A DNA stretch of 64,000 nt. Origin: Antedon mediterranea (Eukaryota > Animalia > Echinodermata). Shown here one piece after another: positions 9,594 to 22,100 of this stretch. The notes under the pieces were generated by a model. That model was not told the DNA's origin. It did not search any database and worked only from the letters and a program-made list of their open reading frames with translations. The stretch is from contig NC_092671.1 of assembly GCF_964355755.1 (NCBI RefSeq), positions 21,407,317 through 21,471,316 of the forward strand. Direction: 5' to 3'. Both the position numbers and the translations under genes were made by a program. Every line of letters starts with the position of its first letter. Position 1 is the first letter of the stretch.

Positions 9594-12500
9594 AATAGCT
9601 TCAAATCGCATTTGGAGACGTTTTAGACCATTTTGTAATTTTCAAAAAAACTTGTTAACATAAAAACACCAAAGTTCTTAGAATAGCTTCAAATCGCATT
9701 TGGAGACGTTTTAGACCATTTTGTGCATTTCGATGAAACTTGGTTACACAAAAACATCAAAGTGCTTAAAATCACATTATAAACCGTTTTAGACCATTTG
9801 AGCATTTCGATAACACTTTTCACACAAAAACATCAAAGTTCACAATATAGCTTAATATCCTATTTAAAAACGTTTTAGACCATTTTGAGCATTTCGACAA
9901 AACTTTTTCACACAAAACACCAAAGTGCTTAGAATACCTTCAAATCGCATTTGGAGACGTTTTAGACAATTTTGTGATTTTCGAAAAAACTTGTTAACAT
10001 AAAAACACCAAAGTTTACAGAATAGCTTCAAATCGCATTTGGAGACGTTTTAGACAATTTTGTGATTTTCGAAAAAACTTGTTAACATAAAAACACCAAA
10101 GTGCTTAGAATAGCTTCAAATCGCATTGGGAGACGTTTTAGACCATTTTGTGATTTTCGAAAAAACTTGTTAACATAAAAACACCAAAGTGCTTAGAATA
10201 GCTTCAAATCGCATTTGGAGACGTTTTAGACCATTTTGTGATTTTCGAAAAAACTTGTTAACATAAAAACGCCAAAGTTCTTAAAATAGCTTCAAATCGC
10301 ATTTGGAGACGTTTTAGACCATTTTGTGATTTTCGAAAAAACTTGTTAACATAAAAACACCAAAGTGTTTAGAAAAGCTTCAAATCGCATTTGGAGACGT
10401 TTTAGACCATTTTGGGATTTTTGAAAAAACTTGTTAACATAAAAACACCAAAGTGCTTAGAATAGCTTCAAATCGCATTTGGAGACGTTTTAGACCATTT
10501 TGTAATTTTCAAAAAAACTTGTTAACATAAAAACACCAAAGTTCTTAGAATAGCTTCAAATCGCATTTGGAGACGTTTTAGACCATTTTGTGCATTTCGA
10601 TAAAACTTGGTTACACAAAAACATCAAAGTGCTTAAAATCACGTTATAAACCGTTTTAGACCATTTGAGCATTTCGATAACACTTTTCACACAAAAACAT
10701 CAAAGGGCACAATATAGCTTAATATCCTATTTAAAAACGTTTTAGACCATTTTGAGCATTTCGACAAAACTTTTTCACACAAAACACCAAAGTGCTTAGA
10801 ATACCTTCAAATCGCATTTGGAGACGTTTTAGACAATTTTGTGATTTTCGAAAAAACTTAACATAAAAACATCAAAGTTTACAGAATAGCTTCAAATCGC
10901 TTTTGGAGACGTTTTAGACAATTTTGTGATTTTCGAAAAAACTTGTTAACATAAAAACACCAAAGTGCTTAGAATAGCTTCAAATCGCATTGGGAGACGT
11001 TTTAGACCATTTTGTGATTTTCGAAAAAACTTGTTAACATAAAAACATCAAAGTGTACAGAATAGCTTCAAATCGCATTTGGAGACGTTTTAGACCATTT
11101 TGTGATTTTCGAAAAAACTTGTTAACATAAAAACACCAAAGTGCTTAGAATAGCTTCAAATCGCATTTGGAGACGTTTTAAACCATTTTGTGATTTTCGA
11201 AAAAACTTGTTAACATAAAAACACCAAAATGTTTAGAATAGCTTCAAATCGCATTTGGAGACGTTTTAGACCATTTTGTGATTTTCGAAAAAACTTGTTA
11301 ACACAAAAACACCAAAGTGATTAGAATAGCTTCAAATCGCATTTGGAGACGTTTTAGACCATTTTGTGATTTTCGAAAAAACTTGTTAACATAAAAACAC
11401 CAAAGTGATTAGAATAGCTTCAAATCGCATTTGGAGACGTTTTAGACCATTTTGTGCATTTCGATGAAACTTGGTTACGCAAAAACATCAAAGTGCTTAA
11501 AATCACATTATAAACCGTTTTAGACCATTTTGAGCATATGGATAACACTTTTTACACAAAACACCAAAGTGCTTAGAATAGCTTCAAATCGCATTTGGAG
11601 ACGTTTTAGACCATTTTGTGATTTTCGACAAAACTTTTTCACACAAAACACCAAAGTGCTTAGAATACCTTAAAATCGCATTTGGAGACGTTTTAGACCA
11701 TTTTGTGATTTTCGAAAAAACTTGTTAACATAAAAACATCAAAATGTTTAGAATAGCTTCAAATCACATTTGGAGACGTTTTAGACCATTTTGTGATTTT
11801 CGAAAAAACTTGTTAACACAAAAACACCAAAGTGATTAGAATAGCTTCAAATCGCATTTGGAGACGTTTTAGACCAATTTGTGCATTTCGATGAAACTTG
11901 GTTACGCAAAAACATCAAAGTGCTTAAAATCACATTATAAACCGTTTTAGACCATTTTGAGCATATCGATAACACTTTTCACACAAAAACATCAAAGAGC
12001 ACAATATAGCTTAATATCTTATTTAAAAACGTTTTAGACCATTTTGAGCATTTCGACAAAACTTTTTCACACAAAACACCAAAGTGCTTAGAATAGCTTC
12101 AAATCGCATTTGGAGACGTTTTAGACCATTTTGTGATTTTCGAAAAAACTTGTTAACATAAAAACATCAAAGTGCTAAGAATAGCTTCAAATCGCATTTG
12201 GAGACATTTTAGACCAATTAGTGATTTTCGAAAAAACTTGGTTACACAAAAACATCAAAGTGGTTAAAATCACATTATAAACCGTTTTAGACCATTTTGA
12301 GCATTTCGATAACACTTTTCACACAAAAACATCAAAGTGCTTAGAATAGCTTCAAATCGCATTTGGAGACGTTTTAGACCATTTTGTGATTTTCGAAAAA
12401 AACTTTTTAACATAAAAACACCAAACTTCTAAGAATAGCTTCAAATCGCATATGGAGACAATTTAGACCATTTTGTGATTTTCGAAAAAACTTGTTAACA

Positions 12501-15500
12501 TAAAAACACCAAAGTGCTAAGAATAGCTTCAAATCGCATATGGAGACAATTTAGACCATTTTGTGATTTTCGAAAAAACTTGGTTACACAAAAACATCAA
12601 AGTGGTTAAAATCACATTATAAACCGTTTTAGACCATTTTGAGCATTTCGATAACACTTTTCACACAAAAACATCAAAGTGCTTAGAATAGCTTCAAATC
12701 GCATTTGGAGACGTTTTAGACCATTTTGTGATTTTCCAAAAAACTTGTTAACATAAAAACATCAAAGTGTACAGAATAGCTTCAAATCGCATTTGGAGAC
12801 GTTTTAGACCATTTTGTGATTTTCGAAAAAACTTGTTAACATAAAAACACCAAAGTGCTTAGAATAGCTTCAAATCGCATTAGGAGACGTTTTAGACCAT
12901 TTTGTGATTTTCGAAAAAACTTGTTAACATAAAAACACCAAAGTGCTTAGAATAGCTTCAAATCGCATTTGGAGACGTTTAAGACCATTTTGTGATTTTC
13001 GAAAAAACTTGTTAACATAAAAACACCAAAGTGCTTAGAATAGCTTCAAATCGCATTTGGAGACGTTTTAGACCAATTTGTGATTTTCGAAAAAACTTGG
13101 TTACACAAAAACATCAAAGTGGATAAAAGCACATTATAAACCGTTTTAGACCATTTTGAGCATTTCGATAACACATTTCACACAAAAACATCAAAGAGCA
13201 CAAAATAGCTTAATATCGTATTTAAAAACGTTTTAAACCATTTTGAGCATTTCGACAAAACTTTTTCACACAAAACACCAAAGTGTTTAGAAAAGCTTCA
13301 AATCGCATTTGGAGACGTTTTAGACCATTTTGGGATTTTCGAAAAAACTTGTTAACATAAAAACACCAAAGTGCTTAGAATAGCTTCAAATCGCATTTGA
13401 AGACGTTTTAGACCATTTTGTAATTTTCGAAAAAACTTGTTAACATAAAAACACCAAAATGTTTAGAATAGCTTCAAATCGCATTTGGAGACGTTTTAGA
13501 CCATTTTGTGATTTTCGAAAAAACTTGTTAACACAAAAACACCAAAGTGATTAGAATAGCTTCAAATCGCATTTGGAGACGTTTTAGACCATTTTGTGAT
13601 TTTCGAAAAAACTTGTTAACATAAAAACACCAAAGTGATTAGAATAGCTTCAAATCGCATTTGGAGACGTTTTAGACCATTTTGTGCATTTCGATGAAAC
13701 TTGGTTACGCAAAAACATCAAAGTAATAATCACATTATAAACAGTTTTAGACCATTTTGAGCATATCGATAAAACTTTTTACACAAAACACCAAAGTGCT
13801 TAGAATAGCTTCAAATCGCATTTGGAGACGTTTTAGACCATTTTGTGATTTTCGACAAAACTTTTTCACACAAAACACCAAAGTGCTTAGAATACCTTCA
13901 AATCGCATTTGGAGACGTTTTAGACCATTTTGTGATTTTCGAAAAAACTTGTTAACATAAAAACATCAAAGTGTACAGATTAGCTTCAAATCGCATTTGG
14001 AGACGTTTTAGACCATTTTGTGATTTTCGAAAAAACTTGTTAACATAAAAACACCAAAGTGCTTAGAATAGCTTCAAATCGCATTAGGAGACGTTTTAGA
14101 CCATTTTGTTATTTTCGAAAAAACTTGTTAACATAAAAACACCAAAATGTTTAGAATAGCTTCAAATCGCATTTGGAGACGTTTTAGACCATTTTGTGAT
14201 TTTCGAAAAAACTTGTTAACATAAAAACACCAAAGTGCTTAGAATACCTTCAAATCGCATTTGGAGACGTTTTAGACCATTTTGTGATTTTCCAAAAAAC
14301 TTGTTAACATAAAAACATCAAAGTGTACAGAATAGCTTCAAATCGCATTTGGAGACGTTTTAGACCATTTTGTGATTTTCGAAAAAACTTGTTAACATAA
14401 AAACACCAAAGTGCTTAGAATAGCTTCAAATCGCATTAGGAGACGTTTTAGACCATTTTGTGATTTTCGAAAAAACTTGTTAACATAAAAACACCAAAGT
14501 GCTTAGAATAGCTTCAAATCGCATTTGGAGACGTTTTAGACCATTTTGTGATTTTCGAAAAAACTTGTTAACATAAAAACACCAAAATGTTTAGAATAGC
14601 TTCAAATCACATTTGGAGACGTTTTAGACCATTTTGTGATTTTCGAAAAAACTTGTTAACACAAAAACACCAAAGTGATTAGAATAGCTTCAAATCGCAT
14701 TTGGAGACGTTTTAGACCAATTTGTGCATTTCGATGAAACTTGGTTACGCAAAAACATCAAAGTGCTTAAAATCACATTATAAACCGTTTTAGACCATTT
14801 TGAGCATATCGATAACACTTTTCACACAAAAACATCAAAGAGCACAATATAGCTTAATATCTTATTTAAAAACGTTTTAGACCATTTTGAGCATTTCGAC
14901 AAAACTTTTTCACACAAAACACCAAAGTGCTTAGAATAGCTTCAAATCGCATTTGGAGACGTTTTAGACCATTTTGTGATTTTCGAAAAAACTTTTTCAC
15001 ACAAAACACCAAAGTGCTTAGAATACCTTCAAATCGCATTTGGAGACGTTTTAGACCATTTTGTGATTTTCGAAAAAACTTGTTAACATAAAAACATCAA
15101 AGTGTACAGAATAGCTTCAAATCGCATTTGGAGACGTTTTAGACCATTTTGTGATTTTCGAAAAAACTTGTTAACATAAAAACACCAAAGTGCTTAGAAT
15201 AGCTTCAAATCGCATTAGGAGACGTTTTAGACCATTTTGTGATTTTCGAAAAAACTTGTTAACACAAAAACACCAAAGTGCTTAGAATAGCTTCAAATCG
15301 CATTTGGAGACGTTTTAGACCATTTTGTGATTTTCGAAAAAACTTGTTAATATAAAAACACCAAAGTACTTAGAATAGCTTCAAATCGCATTTGGAGACG
15401 TTTTAAACCATTTTGTGATTTTCGAAAAAACTTGTTAACATAAAAACACCAAAATGTTTAGAATAGCTTCAAATCGCATTTGGAGACGTTTTAGACCATT

Positions 15501-17426
15501 TTGTGATTTTCGAAAAAACTTGTTAACACAAAAACACCAAAGTGATTAGAATAGCTTCAAATCGCATTTGGAGACGTTTTAGACCATTTTGTGCATTTCG
15601 ATGAAACTTGGTTACGGAAAAACATCAAAGTGCTTAAAATCACATGATAAACCGTTTTAGACCATTTTGAGCATTTCGATAACACATTTCACACAAAAAC
15701 ATCAAAGAGCACAAAATAGCTTAATATCGTATTTAAAAACGTTTTAAACCATTTTGAGCATTTCGACAAAACTTTTTCACACAAAACACCAAAGTGTTTA
15801 GAAAAGCTTCAAATCGCATTTGGAGACGTTTTAGACCATTTTGGGATTTTCGAAAAAACTTGTTAACATAAAAACACCAAAGTGCTTAGAATACCTTCAA
15901 ATCGCATTTGGAGACGTTTTAGACCATTTTGTAATTTTCGAAAAAACTTGTTAACATAAAAACACCAAAGTGCTAAGAATAGCTTCAAATCGCATTTGGA
16001 GACGTTTTAGACCAATTTGTGATTTTCGAAAAAACTTGGTTACACAAAAACATCAAAGTGCTTAAAATCACATTATAAAACCGTTTTAGACCATTTTGAG
16101 CATTTCGATAACACTTTTCACACAAAAACATCAAAGAGCATAAAATAGGTTAATATCGTATTTAAAAACGTTTTAGACCATTTTGAGCATTTCGACAAAA
16201 CTTTTTCACACAAAACACCAAAGTGTACAGAATAGCTTAATATCGTATTTAAAAACGTTTTAGACCATTTTGTGATTTTCGAAAAAACTTGTTAACATAA
16301 AAACACCAAAATGTTTAGAATAGCTTCAAATTGCATTTGGAGACGTTTTAGACCATTTTGTGATTTTCGAAAAAACTTGTTAACACAAAAACACCAAAGT
16401 GATTAGAATAGCTTCAAATCGCATTTGGAGACGTTTTAGACCATTTTGTGATTTTCGAAAAAACTTGTTAACATAAAAACACCAAAGTGATTAGAATAGC
16501 TTCAAATCGCATTTGGAGACGTTTTAGACCATTTTGTGCATTTCGATGAAACTTGGTTACGCAAAAACATCAATGTGCTTAAAATCACATTATAAACCGT
16601 TTTAGACCATTTTGAGCATATCCATAAAACTTTTTACACAAAACACCAAAGTGCTTAGAATAGCTTCAAATCGCATTTGGAGACGTTTTAGACCATTTTG
16701 TGATTTTCGACAAAACTTTTTCACACAAAACACCAAAGTGCTTAGAATACCTTCAAATCGCATTTGGAGACGTTTTAGACCATTTTGTGATTTTCGAAAA
16801 AACTTGTTAACATAAAAACATCAAAGTGTACAGAATAGCTTCAAATCGCATTTGGAGACGTTTTAGACCATTTTGTGATTTTCGAAAAAACTTGTTAACA
16901 TAAAAACACCAAAGTGCTTAGAATAGCTTCAAATCGCATTAGGAGACGTTTTAGACCATTTTGTGATTTTCGAAAAAACTTGTTAACATAAAAACACCAA
17001 AGTGCTTAGAATAGCTTCAAATCGCATTTGGAGACGTTTTAGACCATTTTGTGATTTTCGAAAAAACTTGTTAACATAAAAACACCAAAATGTTTAGAAT
17101 AGCTTCAAATCGCATTTGGAGACGTTTTAGACCATTTTGTGATTTTCGAAAAAACTTGTTAACACAAAAACACCAAAGTGATTAGAATAGCTTCAAATCG
17201 CATTTGGAGACGTTTTAGACCATTTTGTGCATTTCGATGAAACTTGGTTACGCAAAAACATCAAAGTGCTTAAAATCACATTATAAACCGTTTTAGACCA
17301 TTTTTAGCATATCGATAACACTTTTCACACAAAAACATCAAAGAGCACAATATAGCTTAATATCGTATTTAAAAACGTTTTAGACCATTTTGAGCATTTC
17401 GACAAAACTTTTTCACACAAAACACC

Positions 17427-19143
17427 AAAGTGCTTAGAATAGCTTCAAATCGCATTTGGAGACGTTTTAGACCATTTTGTGATTTTCGAAAAAACTTGTT
17501 AACATAAAAACATCAAAGGGCTAAGAATAGCTTCAAATCGCATTTGGAGACATTTTAGACCAATTAGTGATTTTCGAAAAAACTTGGTTACACAAAAACA
17601 TCAAAGTGGTTAAAATCACATTATAAACCGTTTTAGACCATTTTGAGCATTTCGATAACACTTTTTACACAAAAACATCAAAGTGCTTAGAATAGCTTCA
17701 AATCGCATTTGGAGACGTTTTAGACCATTTTGTGATTTTCGAAAAAAACTTTTTAACATAAAAACACCAAACTGCTAAGAATAGCTTCAAATCGCATATG
17801 GAGACAATTTAGACCATTTTGTGATTTTCGAAAAAACTTGTTAACATAAAAACACCAAAGTGCTTAGCATACCTTCAAATCGCATTTGGAGACATTTTAG
17901 ACCATTTTGTGATTTTCGAAAAAACTTGTTAACATAAAAACATCAAAGTGCTAAGAATAGCTTCCAATCGCATTTGGAGACGTTTTAGACCATTTTGTGA
18001 TTTTCGAAAACAACTTGTTAACATAAAAACACCAAAGTGCTTAGAATAGCTTCAAATCGCATTTGGAGACGTTTTAGACCAATTTGTGATTTTCGAAAAA
18101 ACTTGGTTACACAAAAACATCAAAGTGGATAAAATCACATTATAAACCGTTTTAGACCATTTTGAGCATATCGATAACACTTTTCACACAAAAACATCAA
18201 AGACCACAATATAGCTTAATATCGTATTTAAAAACGTTTTAGACCATTTTGAGCATTTCGACAAAACTTTTTCACACAAAACACCAAAGTGCTTAGAATA
18301 GCTTCAAATCGCATTTGGAGACGTTTTAGACCATTTTGTGATTTTCGAAAAAACTTGTTAACATAAAAACATCAAAGTGCTAAGAATAGCTTCAAATCGA
18401 ATTTGGAGACATTTTAGACCAATTAGTGATTTTCGAAAAAACTTGGTTACACAAAAACATCAAAGTGGTTAAAATCACATTATAAACCGTTTTAGACCAT
18501 TTTGAGCATTTCGATAACACTTTTCACACAAAAACATCAAAGTGCTTAGAATAGCTTCAAATCGCATTTGGAGACGTTTTAGACCATTTTGTGATTTTCG
18601 AAAAAAACTTTTTAACATAAAAACACCAAACTGCTAAGAATAGCTTCAAATCGCATATGGAGACAATTTAGACCATTTTGTGATTTTCGAAAAAACTTGT
18701 TAACATAAAAACACCAAAGTGCTTAGAATACCTTCAAATCGCATTTGGAGACATTTTAGACCATTTTGTGATTTTCGAAAAAACTTGTTAACATAAAAAC
18801 ATCAAAGTGCTAAGAATAGCTTCCAATCGCATTTGGAGACGTTTTAGACTATTTTGTGATTTTCGAAAACAACTTGTTAACATAAAAACACCAAAGTGCT
18901 TAGAATAGCTTCAAATCGCATTTGGAGACGTTTTAGACCAATTTGTGATTTTCGAAAAAACTTGGTTACACAAAAACATCAAAGTGGATAAAATCACATT
19001 ATAAACCGTTTTAGACCATTTTGAGCATTTCGATAACACATATCACACAAAAACATCAAAGAGCACAAAATAGCTTAATATCGTATTTAAAAACGTTTTA
19101 AACCATTTTGAGCATTTCGACAAAACTTTTTCACACAAAACAC
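17427..19143 (+). repeat. Two adjacent copies of a ~859-bp 10-monomer higher-order unit (A A B A A A A A B C), also near 37.4-39.1 kb and 48.8-50.5 kb
   Basis: The same ordered series of diagnostic variants (CCAATTAGTG, GCATATGGAGACAATTT, CTTCCAATC, GAAAACAAC, GTGGATAAAA) starts at 17427 and at 18286. Confidence 0.8.
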
Positions 19144-22100
19144 CAAAGTGTACAGAATAGCTTCAAATCGCATTTGGAGACGTTTTAGACCATTTTGTGA
19201 TTTTCGAAAAAACTTGTTAATATAAAAACACCAAAGTACTTAGAATAGCTTCAAATCGCATTTGGAGACGTTGTAGACCATTTTGTGATTTTCGAAAAAA
19301 CTTGTTAACATAAAAACACCAAAGTTTACAGAATAGCTTCAAATCGCATTTGGAGACGTTTTAGACAATTTTGTGCATTTCGATGAAACTTGGTTACACA
19401 AAAACATCAAAGTGCTTAAAATCACATTATAAACCGTTTTAGACCATTTGAGCATTTCCATAACACTTTTCACACAAAAACATCAAAGGGCACAATATAG
19501 CTTAATATCCTATTTAAAAACGTTTTAGACCATTTTGAGCATTTCGACAAAACTTTTTCACACAAAACACCAAAGTGCTTAGAATACCTTCAAATCGCAT
19601 TTGGAGACGTTTTAGACCATTTTGTGATTTTCGAAAAAACTTAACATAAAAACATCAAAGTTTACAGAATAGCTTCAAATCGCATTTGGAGACGTTTTAA
19701 ACCATTTTGTGATTTTCGAAAAAACTTGTTAACATAAAAACACCAAAATGTTTAGAATAGCTTCAAATCGCATTTGGAGACGTTTTAGACCATTTTGTGA
19801 TTTTCGAAAAAACTTGTTAACACAAAAACACCAAAGTGATTAGAATAGCTTCAAATCGCATTTGGAGACGTTTTAGACCATTTTGTGATTTTCGAAAAAA
19901 CTTGTTAACATAAAAACACCAAAGTGATTAGAATAGCTTCAAATCGCATTTGGAGACGTTTTAGACCATTTTGTGCATTTCGATGAAACTTGGTTACGCA
20001 AAAACATCAAAGTGCTTAAAATCACATTATAAACCGTTTTAGACCATTTTGAGCATATCGATAACACTTTTTACACAAAACGCTAAAGTGCTTAGAATAG
20101 CTTCAAATCGCATTTGGAGACGTTTTAGACCATTTTGTGATTTTCGACAAAACTTTTTCACACAAAACACCAAAGTGCTTAGAATACCTTCAAATCGCAT
20201 TTGGAGACGTTTTAGACCATTTTGTGCATTTCGATGAAACTTGGTTACGCAAAAACATCAAAGTGCTTAAAATCACATTATAAACCGTTTTAGACCATTT
20301 TGAGCATATCGATAACACTTTTTACACAAAACGCTAAAGTGCTTAGAATAGCTTCAAATCGCATTTGGAGACGTTTTAGACCATTTTGTGATTTTCGACA
20401 AAACTTTTTCACACAAAACACCAAAGTGCTTAGAATACCTTCAAATCGCATTTGGAGACGTTTTAGACCATTTTGTGATTTTCGAAAAAACTTGTTAACA
20501 TAAAAACATCAAAGTGTACAGAATAGCTTCAAATCGCATTTGGAGACGTTTTAGACCATTTTGTGATTTTCGAAAAAACTTGTTAACATAAAAACACCAA
20601 AGTGCTTAGAATAGCTTCAAATCGCATTAGGAGACGTTTTAGACCATTTTGTGATTTTCGAAAAAACTTGTTAACATAAAAACACCAAAGTGCTTAGAAT
20701 AGCTTCAAATCGCATTTGGAGACGTTTTAGACCATTTTGTGATTTTCGAAAAAACTTGTTAACATAAAAACACCAAAGTTCTTAAAATAGCTTCAAATCG
20801 CATTTGGAGACGTTTTAGACCATTTTGTGATTTTCGAAAAAACTTGTTAACATAAAAACACCAAAGTGTTTAGAAAAGCTTCAAATCGCATTTGGAGACG
20901 TTTTAGACCATTTTGGGATTTTTGAAAAAACTTGTTAACATAAAAACACCAAAGTGCTTAGAATAGCTTCAAATCGCATTTGGAGACGTTTTAGACCATT
21001 TTGTAATTTTCAAAAAAACTTGTTAACATAAAAACACCAAAGTTCTTAGAATAGCTTCAAATCGCATTTGGAGACGTTTTAGACCATTTTGTGCATTTCG
21101 ATGAAACTTGGTTACACAAAAACATCAAAGTGCTTAAAATCACGTTATAAACCGTTTTAGACCATTTGAGCATTTCGATAACACTTTTCACACAAAAACA
21201 TCAAAGGGCACAATATAGCTTAATATCCTATTTAAAAACGTTTTAGACCATTTTGAGCATTTCGACAAAACTTTTTCACACAAAACACCAAAGTGCTTAG
21301 AATACCTTCAAATCGCATTTGGAGACGTTTTAGACAATTTTGTGATTTTCGAAAAAACTTAACATAAAAACATCAAAGTTTACAGAATAGCTTCAAATCG
21401 CATTTGGAGACGTTTTAGACCATTTTGTGATTTTCGAAAAAACTTGTTAACATAAAAACACCAAAGTGCTTAGAATAGCTTCAAATCGCATTTGGAGACG
21501 TTTTAAACCATTTTGTGATTTTCGAAAAAACTTGTTAACATAAAAACACCAAAATGTTTAGAATAGCTTCAAATCGCATTTGGAGACGTTTTAGACCATT
21601 TTGTGATTTTCGAAAAAACTTGTTAACACAAAAACACCAAAGTGATTAGAATAGCTTCAAATCGCATTTGGAGACGTTTTAGACCATTTTGTGATTTTCG
21701 AAAAAACTTGTTAACATAAAAACACCAAAGTGATTAGAATAGCTTCAAATCGCATTTGGAGACGTTTTAGACCATTTTGTGCATTTCGAGGAAACTTGGT
21801 TACGCAAAAACATCAAAGTGCTTAAAATCACATTATAAACCGTTTTAGACCATTTTGAGCATATCGATAACACTTTTTACACAAAACACCAAAGTGCTTA
21901 GAATAGCTTCAAATCGCATTTGGAGACGTTTTAGACCATTTTGTGATTTTCGACAAAACTTTTTCACACAAAACACCAAAATGCTTAGAATACCTTCAAA
22001 TCGCATTTGGAGAGGTTTTAGACCATTTTGTGATTTTCGAAAAAACTTGTTAACATAAAAACATCAAAGTGTACAGAATAGCTTCAAATCGCATTTGGAG

